Source of the DNA: Pelagibacteraceae bacterium
GTDB taxonomy: Bacteria > Pseudomonadota > Alphaproteobacteria > HIMB59 > GCA-002718135
Length of the DNA stretch: 57,761 nucleotides
Assembly (NCBI GenBank): GCA_018657885.1
Contig: JABHWG010000039.1
Span: 1 to 57,761, forward strand
Direction: 5' to 3'
Part shown: positions 49,993 to 57,761 of the stretch, one piece after another
Position numbering within the stretch: the stretch's first letter is position 1
Layout of the letters: each line of letters opens with the position of its first letter
Program-made: the position numbers and the translations under genes
Notes under the pieces: generated by a model
What the model was told of the DNA's origin: nothing
Database searches by the model: none
Seen by the model: only the letters and a program-made list of their open reading frames with translations

Positions 49993-51296
49993 AACATACT
50001 CTCTAAAGCAAAATTTGTTGATCTTACAATATTAACATTTTCAACTTTATTAATTAAATTTTTCTCACTATTAATAAAAACACTTTGATTATAAATTGAT
50101 CTTCCTATGTATTGATTTTTATATCTTCCTTTTTTTTCAAATAAAATTTCCATATTTTTTTCAATAAATGAATTATTATAATTTTTTTGCTGATTTTTTA
50201 GGAGTGATTGCAGGGCACTTAATCTTGCTTTTTTTTCAGCTAACGGAATATTATCTTTTTTTTGAGCCGGAGTACCTGGTCTTTGACTATACATGAAAGA
50301 ATAAGCTATCACAAATTTAACTTCATCGACAAATTTCATCGTATCTTCAAAATCTTTGTCAGATTCATCAGGATATCCAACAATAAAATCAGATGAAAGA
50401 GCTATATCAGATCTCTCATCTCTTAATTTATCGACAATCTTTTTATAAAATTCAACAGTATGTTTTCTATTCATTTTTTTTAGAACCTTGTTAGATCCCG
50501 ATTGAATAGGTAGATGGAGAAAGGGCATTAATTTATTATTTGTTTTATGAACTTTGATAAGTGAATTTGTCATATCTATTGGATGAGAAGTCATATACCG
50601 AATTCTTTTTAAACTCTCCAATTCGCTTACCTTATTTATTAAATATGCTAAATCTCTTGATTTGCCATTTTCTCCATCACCATGATATGCATTAACATTT
50701 TGCCCTAAGAAAATAATTTCCTTAACTCCTTGTTTTAGATATTTTTCTATCTCATTTACAATCTCATTTACTGGTCTTGAAAACTCAGGACCTCTTGTAT
50801 AAGGAACTACGCAAAATGAACAAAATTTATCACAACCCTCCTGAATAGAAACAAACTCTGACACGCCACCTGAAGAATTATAAAGTAAATTTTTAAATTT
50901 TTCATTTTGAGTAAATTCATCACTAATAAATGAATCATTTTTTTTTAACATCTCAGGTAACTTATGGTAAGATTGTGGACCAACAACATAATCAACTGAT
51001 GGTGCTCTCTTTTTAATTTCTTGCCCTTCAGCTTGTGCAACACATCCAGCAATAACAAGCTGAATATCATCTTGAGATCTATTTTGTTTAATTTTATTTA
51101 TTCGACCAATATCTGAATAAACTTTTTCTGCTGCTTTTTCTCTAATATGGCAGGTGTTTAAGACTACTAGATTTGCATCTTCAGGATTTTTTGTAATCAC
51201 GTAATCTTTATTTTTAAATAAATCCAAAATTCTATTAGAATCATAGATGTTCATCTGACATCCATAAGACTTAATATATATTTTATTTTTTTTCAT
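49989..51296 (-). CDS. miaB: tRNA-2-methylthio-N6-dimethylallyladenosine synthase
   Basis: UPF0004 'YIKSYGCQMN', radical-SAM 'GCDKFCSFCVVPYTRG', and a TRAM C-terminus. Confidence 0.94.
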   Translation of the reverse strand: MKKNKIYIKSYGCQMNIYDSNRILDLFKNKDYVITKNPEDANLVVLNTCHIREKAAEKVYSDIGRINKIKQNRSQDDIQLVIAGCVAQAEGQEIKKRAPSVDYVVGPQSYHKLPEMLKKNDSFISDEFTQNEKFKNLLYNSSGGVSEFVSIQEGCDKFCSFCVVPYTRGPEFSRPVNEIVNEIEKYLKQGVKEIIFLGQNVNAYHGDGENGKSRDLAYLINKVSELESLKRIRYMTSHPIDMTNSLIKVHKTNNKLMPFLHLPIQSGSNKVLKKMNRKHTVEFYKKIVDKLRDERSDIALSSDFIVGYPDESDKDFEDTMKFVDEVKFVIAYSFMYSQRPGTPAQKKDNIPLAEKKARLSALQSLLKNQQKNYNNSFIEKNMEILFEKKGRYKNQYIGRSIYNQSVFINSEKNLINKVENVNIVRSTNFALESMF

Positions 51297-51297
51297 A

Positions 51298-51768
51298 TTA
51301 GTAATTTTTTAACATCATTAATGCATCAATTTTTTTATCTTGGACTAAGAAATAATTTTTTCTTTTAGAGATTATTTTAAAATTCATTTTTTTATAAAAA
51401 GATATTCCTTCTAAATTATTTTCTGAGACTTCAAGATAAATTTTTTTCAAAAAATTATTATTTCCTTCTATTTTTTTTAATAAATTTATTCCCAACCCTT
51501 TATTTCTAAAGTCCTTACAGACATATAATAGCAATATCTCATATTCTGATATATTTTCAATATTAAATAAATCACCTAAAATAAAAGAAATCAATGAATC
51601 ATTAAAAAAGCTACCGAATGAAAAATTTGTATTTTTATTTAATTGATTAAGTATTTGACTTGTTGACCATCCCATTCTTAAAAATTCTTTATAATTATTT
51701 TTTTCAACAGAAATTAGCCTATCTATAGAATCAATATCTTTTATGCTAAGTTTTCTATAATTTATCAA
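51298..51768 (-). CDS. rimI: GNAT acetyltransferase, RimI-like (ribosomal-protein-alanine N-acetyltransferase)
   Basis: Acetyl-CoA motif 'VCKDFRNKGLGINLL'. It sits directly after tsaB, the classic tsaB-rimI pairing. Confidence 0.75.
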   Translation of the reverse strand: MINYRKLSIKDIDSIDRLISVEKNNYKEFLRMGWSTSQILNQLNKNTNFSFGSFFNDSLISFILGDLFNIENISEYEILLLYVCKDFRNKGLGINLLKKIEGNNNFLKKIYLEVSENNLEGISFYKKMNFKIISKRKNYFLVQDKKIDALMMLKNY

Positions 51769-52370
51769 TTTAATATAATATTATTAGAAATATATATTGG
51801 TTTAATTATTAAGTTTTCCTCAAAAACCATATTAGATAAATTATTTAAAACTATTTCTTTTAGTGAAAATGGTGAAGAGTTTATTTTTTGTTCATTAAAG
51901 TTTGGAAATTTAAAATTATAAAATATATAATTTATAGAATTTGGAAGAATATAATGTTCATTTTCAACTTTTTCATGAAAAAATAGCTCATCTTTTTTAT
52001 AAGAAAAAAAACTCTGATTATTAGATGACTTAAAATAAACAGCTATTTGAGTATTAAAGTTAGTTAGGTATTTGTAAATAATTTCGCTAGAAATTACTGA
52101 AACAGCTATATTCATAGATTGACTCAATCCAGCAATAAAAGATGCCCCAACTCTTAGAGCTGTATAAGAGCCTGGACCAATTGTAATAATCAATTTATTT
52201 ATATTTTTAGAAAGATTGTGTTTTTTATTAAACTCCAAATATGCCGGTATAATTTTATCACTTAGCTTAAAATCTGAATCTTTTACAATTTTAAGAGAAT
52301 CTATAATTTTTTTATCTTTAATTAAATAAAATTCTGGTATTGGTGAAGCTACATCTAAAAAAAGGAACAT
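51765..52370 (-). CDS. tsaB: tRNA t6A37 biosynthesis protein TsaB (YeaZ)
   Basis: 'IITIGPGSYTALRVGASFIAGL' matches the GPGSFTGLRIG pattern. About 200 aa. Confidence 0.82.
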   Translation of the reverse strand: MFLFLDVASPIPEFYLIKDKKIIDSLKIVKDSDFKLSDKIIPAYLEFNKKHNLSKNINKLIITIGPGSYTALRVGASFIAGLSQSMNIAVSVISSEIIYKYLTNFNTQIAVYFKSSNNQSFFSYKKDELFFHEKVENEHYILPNSINYIFYNFKFPNFNEQKINSSPFSLKEIVLNNLSNMVFEENLIIKPIYISNNIILN

Positions 52371-52373
52371 TTA

Positions 52374-53387
52374 ATGTTTATTTTAAAAATAATATTTTTA
52401 TTTATTTTATGTTTAAACATATCTACTTCCTATGCAAGTAACATTAAAAATTCTGCTGTTATATTTATGTACCATAAATTTGGTGTTGATAAATATCCTA
52501 GTACTAGCGTTACCATAGATCAGTTTGATGCACACATAGATGAATTAACAAATAAAAAATATTCGATAAAATCTTTAGAATTTATTATAGACACTATTAT
52601 CAACGATGGAGATCTATCTGAGAATACTATTGGTATTAGTGTTGATGATGCTGATAAATCGTTTTATGAACAAGGTTGGCCAAAGTTTAAACATAATGGA
52701 ATTCCTGTTACTCTTTTTGTTAACACTTCAACTATTCAAAAAAATAATAAGAATTATCTAAATTGGGATCAGATAAGAGAGCTAAGAGATGAGGGTGTTT
52801 CTATAGGAGCACATTCTCATAGTCACTATCATATGTCTGAATTGTCAATTGAGGAAGTAAAAAAAGAAATTGAAATCTCTAATAATATTTTTTTAAAAGA
52901 ATTGGGGAAAATACCTCCCCTTTTTGCCTTTCCTTATGGAGAAGCAAATAAAAAAATTATAAGCTTATTGAAAGAGTATAAATTTAAAGTCGCATTTGGC
53001 CAGCACTCAGGAGTTATTAATGAAACCTCAAATTTATATTACTTACCTCGATTCTCTCTGAACGAGAGATATGGGGGACTTGATAGAGTAAAGTTTGCTG
53101 CAAGTGCTAAGGGGCTTGGTGTTTATGATTTTATACCAGTTGATCCTACCATAAAAGATAACCCACCGTATATTGGTTTTTCATTACTAGATGAAAGATT
53201 AGCACCATCTCTCGATTGTTTTATTTTTGATAGCAAAGGACAAGTAGAAAAAGAATTATTTAAATTTAATGAACGTATAGAAATTAGATTAAAAAGAAAA
53301 CTTACTGATGGTCGATCAAGATTAAACTGTACTGCAAAAGGTGAAGATGCTAAATGGCGATGGTTTGGCCACCAGTTTTATTTATGA
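52374..53387 (+). CDS. Secreted polysaccharide deacetylase (NodB/CE4 family) with an uncharacterised C-terminal domain
   Basis: Signal peptide 'MFILKIIFLFILCLNISTSYA'. CE4 motifs 'ISVDDADKS' (DD), 'GAHSHSHYHM' (H-x-x-x-H type) and 'FAFPYGE'. About 110 C-terminal residues have no motif I recognise. Confidence 0.75.
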   Translation: MFILKIIFLFILCLNISTSYASNIKNSAVIFMYHKFGVDKYPSTSVTIDQFDAHIDELTNKKYSIKSLEFIIDTIINDGDLSENTIGISVDDADKSFYEQGWPKFKHNGIPVTLFVNTSTIQKNNKNYLNWDQIRELRDEGVSIGAHSHSHYHMSELSIEEVKKEIEISNNIFLKELGKIPPLFAFPYGEANKKIISLLKEYKFKVAFGQHSGVINETSNLYYLPRFSLNERYGGLDRVKFAASAKGLGVYDFIPVDPTIKDNPPYIGFSLLDERLAPSLDCFIFDSKGQVEKELFKFNERIEIRLKRKLTDGRSRLNCTAKGEDAKWRWFGHQFYL

Positions 53388-54386
53388 GTTATTAAATGAG
53401 TAATTAAAGCTATCAAATTTATTAAGTTTATTTGCATCAATAATTGAATTAATTGTATCTATATAATTTTTATCTGCAGCATATGAATCTAATTCATTAA
53501 CTAATAATTTAATATTACTAAAATTATTTTGTTGTCTCATAATTTTTCTTACTTCTCTAAAATCAGAATATGCATAGTGAGAGTTTAAATTATTGAAATA
53601 AGATTGGACACTTTTGTCTATAGACTTAAATGATTTAACTAGGTATTTTTCACCTTCTTCTCTCAAAAGAGGCACAACACCTTTGGAGTAATCATATGTG
53701 TACTCGCCAAATAAAGCGTTAAATTCTCGAGCAAATCTTGAAGTTCCCCAACCACTCTCATTAGCAGCTTGAGCAAGAACTATCGAGCTTGGAATTACAT
53801 CAACTAAGTCGAGAAGCTCATTTACAATCTGATATTTTAATTTGTTATTTGTCTTTAATCTATATTTTTTTGAAATTTTTTCTAAAAAAATAATGTCAAG
53901 TTTTTCCAAAGTGTTGTTATCGTCAAGGGAAATTTTGATAGTTTCTAATTTTGATCTTTCTATTAATATATTTTGGTTCTGATATGAAATTAAAGGAAGC
54001 AAAGTTTTAACAAAATCTTTTTTTGAATTAGAGAGATAGTTTAAATCAGTCTCATTAATATTTTGATTTAAAAAGTTTATATCTGGTTGTTTAATTATTA
54101 ATTGAATTAAATTTGGGTTTAGGGGTTTTTTCTTCAGAGAAACTAAAAACCTATTTAATTGTTGTGAATTTTCATATTTATTAATAATTTTCTTTTGAGA
54201 ATAAAGTCTGTTAACTGTATATGAGTCATAAGTAGTGCAGTAATTTAACACAAGATCATCAAGATTGGCATTAAGCTTATAGATAAAATTTAAATCACTC
54301 TTTATCTTGCCATCCTCAAAGGCTGTAGTAGTAATCGATGCAAGAAGAAATGATAGAAACGTTAGTATAGATATATTACGCATCAA
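53382..54386 (-). CDS. Secreted glucosaminidase-domain protein (Bax/FlgJ-C-like muramidase family)
   Basis: Signal peptide 'MMRNISILTFLSFLLASITTTAF'. C-terminal 'LAQAANESGWGTSRFAREFNALFG' is the glucosaminidase (GH73-type) catalytic-Glu pattern. The N-terminal ~190 aa are unassigned. Confidence 0.7.
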   Translation of the reverse strand: MMRNISILTFLSFLLASITTTAFEDGKIKSDLNFIYKLNANLDDLVLNYCTTYDSYTVNRLYSQKKIINKYENSQQLNRFLVSLKKKPLNPNLIQLIIKQPDINFLNQNINETDLNYLSNSKKDFVKTLLPLISYQNQNILIERSKLETIKISLDDNNTLEKLDIIFLEKISKKYRLKTNNKLKYQIVNELLDLVDVIPSSIVLAQAANESGWGTSRFAREFNALFGEYTYDYSKGVVPLLREEGEKYLVKSFKSIDKSVQSYFNNLNSHYAYSDFREVRKIMRQQNNFSNIKLLVNELDSYAADKNYIDTINSIIDANKLNKFDSFNYSFNNS

Positions 54387-54942
54387 CAGGTCTTACTTCT
54401 TGAACCTCAGGAATATAATGCTTTAACATATTTTCTATTCCCATTTTAAGAGTGGCTGTTGAGCTAGGGCATCCTGAACAAGCCCCTTGCATTTTAAGAT
54501 ACACAATTCCATCTTCAAAATCATTGTAAATAATATCTCCACCATCCATTGCCACTGCAGGTCTTACTCTTGTATCAAGCAATTCTTTAATTTGCTTAAC
54601 AATATCTGAGTCGTCTTCACTTGATTTAAGACTATTTTCAGATAATTTATTTTCAATTTTTTCTACTGTTACATCATCAGAATTAAAGTGATCAATTATT
54701 GATCCAAGAACAGAAGGTTTCATAACTTGCCATTCAAATGTATCACTTTTAGTGATTGTAATAAAATCACTACCAAAGAAGACTCCTTCTACACCTTCAA
54801 TTGCAAATAATCTTCTCGCAAATGGAGAATTGTCTGCCTCATTAACATTTTGATAAAAAGCGGTACCCTCAACCATTACTACTTTTCCAGGCAAAAACTT
54901 AAGTGTTTGAGGATTAGGTGTTTGTTCTGTTTGTATAAACAT
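54376..54942 (-). CDS. NifU/Nfu-type Fe-S cluster assembly scaffold
   Basis: Nfu_N 'MFIQTEQTPNPQTLKFLPG' and C-terminal 'MQGACSGCPSSTATLK' (CxxC). Confidence 0.9.
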   Translation of the reverse strand: MFIQTEQTPNPQTLKFLPGKVVMVEGTAFYQNVNEADNSPFARRLFAIEGVEGVFFGSDFITITKSDTFEWQVMKPSVLGSIIDHFNSDDVTVEKIENKLSENSLKSSEDDSDIVKQIKELLDTRVRPAVAMDGGDIIYNDFEDGIVYLKMQGACSGCPSSTATLKMGIENMLKHYIPEVQEVRPVDA

Positions 54943-54988
54943 TTCAATCTTATATAGTTATTAAATTTCAATCTTATATAGGTATTAA
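54941..54988. repeat. Tandem direct repeat, 2 x 24 bp, 23/24 identical, abutting or overlapping the nfu start codon
   Basis: Unit 1 (54941-54964) is ATTTCAATCTTATATAGTTATTAA. Unit 2 (54965-54988) is ATTTCAATCTTATATAGGTATTAA. On the minus strand each unit reads TTAATA(A/C)CTATATAAGATTGAAAT. The proximal unit supplies the 'AT' of the nfu ATG. Confidence 0.9.
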
Positions 54989-55012
54989 TTTGTCATTAGT
55001 ATGAAAATTAGT

Positions 55013-55048
55013 CAAAAAAACACAAAAAATTCGGGATATTAATCCCGA
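55013..55048 (-). terminator. Rho-independent terminator of trpS with the stop codon in the loop
   Basis: The minus strand reads TCGGGAT-TAAT-ATCCCGA (stem 55048-55042 / 55037-55031) followed by ATTTTTTGTGTTTTTTT. The trpS TAA (55041-55039) lies in the loop. Confidence 0.6.
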
Positions 55049-56049
55049 TAAAAACCAATTATTTCGTAAATTTCAGCCAAAACTGGTTCGGCGACGCTAC
55101 TAGCTCTCCTTTTTCCATCACTAATTATAGAATCAAGATATTTCTCATCTTTCATCAATCTATTCATTTCAAGTGAAATTGGTGATAATTTAGAAGACGC
55201 AAGATCGCCTAAATCTCTTTTAAATTGTGAAAATTCTTTTCCTGCATAATCAGCAACTACCTTCTCTAAATCTTCATCATAAAGAGTTGCATAAATAGTA
55301 AGCAAATTTATAGCTTCTGGTCTTTTTTTTGCTTCTTCTAAATTAACAGGCAACGGTAGTGGATCAGTTTTTGCTTTCTTGATTTTTTTTACAATCTCAT
55401 CTTCGGTATCAGATAACATTATACGCGAATAGTTGGATGGATCTGATTTACTCATTTTTTTTAAACCATCTCTTAGACTCATTACCCTTGTAGCGGCTCC
55501 TAAAATTAATGGTTCAGGAATGGGGAAAATATCTGTTTTAAAATCAGTATTAAATTTCTGCGCAATATTTCTTGTTAATTCTAAATGTTGTTTTTGATCT
55601 TCTCCGACTGGAACATGTGTAGCTAAATAAATTAAAATATCTGCAGCCATTAAAATTGGATAAGAAAATAATCCAACTGATACGTTTTCACTATTCTTTC
55701 CAGCCTTATCTTTAAATTGTGTCATACGGTTAAGCCACCCCATACGAGCCACACAATTAAAGATCCAGGTAAGTTGAGCATGTTGAGGAACTTGGGATTG
55801 AACAAATAAGGTATTTGTTTCAGGATCTATTCCTGATGCAATAAAAGCTGCTATTACTTCTCTTGTCTTTTGTTTCAACATTTTTGGATCTTGCCATACG
55901 GTAATAGCATGAAGATCAACAACGCAAAAAAAGCATTCAAATTCTTTTTGTAACGATACAAAGTTTTTAATTGCACCTAAATAATTTCCTAAATGTAAAT
56001 CACCAGATGGCTGTACTCCTGATAAAATTCTTTTGGTAATTTTTTCCAT
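55039..56049 (-). CDS. trpS: Tryptophanyl-tRNA synthetase
   Basis: '[17 protein letters not shown]' (HIGH-type) and 'KMSKS'. Confidence 0.97.
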   Translation of the reverse strand: MEKITKRILSGVQPSGDLHLGNYLGAIKNFVSLQKEFECFFCVVDLHAITVWQDPKMLKQKTREVIAAFIASGIDPETNTLFVQSQVPQHAQLTWIFNCVARMGWLNRMTQFKDKAGKNSENVSVGLFSYPILMAADILIYLATHVPVGEDQKQHLELTRNIAQKFNTDFKTDIFPIPEPLILGAATRVMSLRDGLKKMSKSDPSNYSRIMLSDTEDEIVKKIKKAKTDPLPLPVNLEEAKKRPEAINLLTIYATLYDEDLEKVVADYAGKEFSQFKRDLGDLASSKLSPISLEMNRLMKDEKYLDSIISDGKRRASSVAEPVLAEIYEIIGFYRD

Positions 56050-56050
56050 T

Positions 56051-57598
56051 TTATTTTTTTAAGTAACTTTTAATATCAGTAATAGTAATTATTTTTAATA
56101 CTAAAATTAATCCCACATAAATAAAAGTAGTAAAAATAATAGTAATAATCAAATAGAATATATTATCCATAATATCCACTAAATATAATTGATCAAAAAA
56201 GAAATTGCTTAAAAATTGAGTAATAAAAATAATAAAAAATAATGATATGCCTAACTTAAACACATTAATAAAAAACTGACGATCTAAATCTAAATTCCGC
56301 TTACTAATAAGAATAATAAAAAGTAAAATTGCATTAACCCAAGCACTTATTGCTGTAGCCAGCGCTATACCCATTTCTCTCATAGAACTAATTAATATGA
56401 GGGATAAGATTATATTTAGCATTACGCTGATGATAGAAATATACAAAGGTGTTTTAGTGTCTTCCCTTGCAAAAAAACAAACGATCAAAACTTTAATTAA
56501 AACATAAGCGGGTAAGCCTAATGCAAAATATCCAAGAACATTAGAAGTGTACAAAGTGTCCTCTTGAGTAAAGGCACCACGCTCAAATAAGATATGAACG
56601 ATAGGTAAAGATAAAATATATAAACCAATAGCTGAAGGAATGGATATAATTAATGCGAATTCTAAAGACCTATTTTGTAAACTTCTAACTTTATCATTAC
56701 TATCTGCTTTAATAACCTTAGATAAACTAGGCAGTAATACAACCCCTAATGCAATTCCAAATATAGCTAAAGGTAATTGATTTAAACGATCAGCATAGTA
56801 CAAATGACTAATGGCTCCAATAGGAAGAAAAGAGGCAATAATCGTTCCTATAATTATATTTAATTGAATAATACCAGAACCTATTACACCAGGAAAAAAT
56901 AATCTAAAAAACTTTCGCAACTTATTATTTAATTTAGGTAATTTTAATTTAGGTTTATAAAAAAATAGAGTGGATCGGTATAAAAATAAAAACTGACCAA
57001 CTCCTCCTACTAAAACTCCAATAGATAGAGCATGGCCAGCAGAAGATACATAAGGGGTAATAATAAAAAGAGATAGAATAAAACTTATATTTAAAATAGC
57101 GGGAGCAAAAGCACCAGCAGCAAATCGATCATGCACATTTAATATTGAAGTAAAGTGTGCTGCTAAAGAAATAAAAATTAAATAAGGAAAAATTATTTTT
57201 CCAAAAAACACAGCTAAATCAAAGGATTCAGAATTAGGAGAAAATCCAGGTACTAGTACTTGGATAATATAAGGCATACCAAAAAAGAAAATGATAGTTA
57301 ATCCAACCGTAACAAATAGTAACAATGACATGGTGTTCTCAACAAAATCAGCAGCTTCATGATCATCTTTGGAATCAATAACGATACCAGAAAAAACAGG
57401 GATAAGAGCAGCGCTATAAGCACCTTCTGCTAAAACGCGCCGAAAAAAATTTGGAATACGAAAAGCTACGAAGAAGGCATCTGCTGTTAAGGTCGATCCA
57501 AGAAAGCGTGCTATTAATATGTCACGAACAAAACCTAAAATCCTGCTTAGCATTGTATAAAAACTAACAGTAAAAAAAGACCTAAAAAGATTTTGCAT
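56051..57598 (-). CDS. murJ: Lipid II flippase MurJ (MviN)
   Basis: '[19 protein letters not shown]...[16 protein letters not shown]' N-terminus and about 14 TM segments. Confidence 0.94.
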   Translation of the reverse strand: MQNLFRSFFTVSFYTMLSRILGFVRDILIARFLGSTLTADAFFVAFRIPNFFRRVLAEGAYSAALIPVFSGIVIDSKDDHEAADFVENTMSLLLFVTVGLTIIFFFGMPYIIQVLVPGFSPNSESFDLAVFFGKIIFPYLIFISLAAHFTSILNVHDRFAAGAFAPAILNISFILSLFIITPYVSSAGHALSIGVLVGGVGQFLFLYRSTLFFYKPKLKLPKLNNKLRKFFRLFFPGVIGSGIIQLNIIIGTIIASFLPIGAISHLYYADRLNQLPLAIFGIALGVVLLPSLSKVIKADSNDKVRSLQNRSLEFALIISIPSAIGLYILSLPIVHILFERGAFTQEDTLYTSNVLGYFALGLPAYVLIKVLIVCFFAREDTKTPLYISIISVMLNIILSLILISSMREMGIALATAISAWVNAILLFIILISKRNLDLDRQFFINVFKLGISLFFIIFITQFLSNFFFDQLYLVDIMDNIFYLIITIIFTTFIYVGLILVLKIITITDIKSYLKK

Positions 57599-57761
57599 TA
57601 TCTAATTTTATATTGTGATGAGTGATTTGTATAAATTTTATTTATGTCCCAATTAGGTTATAAAATACCTAATCTATTAATTTTTGAAAAAAAGAAAGTG
57701 TTATGAATTGAGTAATTATAAGCCTTTTTGAGGCTCAGAAAGAACAATCCCATTAAGTAAT

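Noticed and set aside
57658-57761. A 34-codon open frame on the minus strand running off the right edge (…YLMGLFFLSLKKAYNYSIHNTFFFSKINRLGIL*), possibly the 3' end of the gene upstream of murJ.
   Set aside because: It is too short, has no recognisable motif, and has roughly a 5% chance of being open by accident at this composition. It also contains an AGCCT/AGGCT hairpin and a TATAAT hexamer that could instead belong to the murJ promoter region. It cannot be supported as a gene from this window alone.

Overview
The window is visibly AT-rich and extremely gene-dense. It reads as core chromosome of a streamlined marine alphaproteobacterium of the Pelagibacterales (SAR11) type; that assignment is my inference from composition, gene content and synteny, not a database hit. 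I can support 53 intact protein-coding genes, and all of them fall into recognisable conserved families. The main blocks, in order:
- pyrF-trpFBA-accD-folC and trxA.
- A murU/amgK-like pair, then tsaE-metK-ahcY.
- A ChvG/ChvI-like two-component system.
- nrdA-nrdB-glutaredoxin and polA.
- A small envelope-glycan group: an ABC ATPase, a Wzy_C/O-antigen-ligase-like protein and a GT2.
- regBA, then gyrB-recF-dnaN-dnaA, rpsT and fpg.
- ubiE-coaBC-thiF-like, fabABI, and a glycerophosphodiester phosphodiesterase (GDPD).
- pnp-rpsO-truB-rbfA-infB-nusA.
- trmB-lnt-corC-ybeY-phoH-miaB-rimI-tsaB.
- A deacetylase/glucosaminidase pair, nfu, trpS and murJ.

I see no rRNA, tRNA, CRISPR array, transposase, integrase, prophage or defence-like genes. 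No hypothetical-only gene cluster is present, so I cannot honestly point to a clearly novel multi-gene system.

The best leads are smaller:
1. An ABC-2 ATPase with no permease, translationally coupled to a Wzy_C membrane protein. It converges on a GT2 that overlaps regA.
2. A eukaryote-like class I RNR with two ATP-cones. Its beta subunit appears to carry Glu instead of Asp at the first metal ligand while keeping the radical Tyr. It sits behind tandem NrdR-like boxes.
3. An intrinsic terminator 22 nt upstream of nusA, with rimP absent, which any nusA transcript must cross.
4. A perfect-phase 24-bp tandem duplication that includes the first two bases of the nfu start codon.
5. A TACGTAAA motif cluster upstream of dnaA.
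6. Several extreme compaction features, including divergent start codons 2-3 bp apart and convergent stop codons that overlap.

All coordinates were checked against ORF-track anchors. No searches or computations were run.
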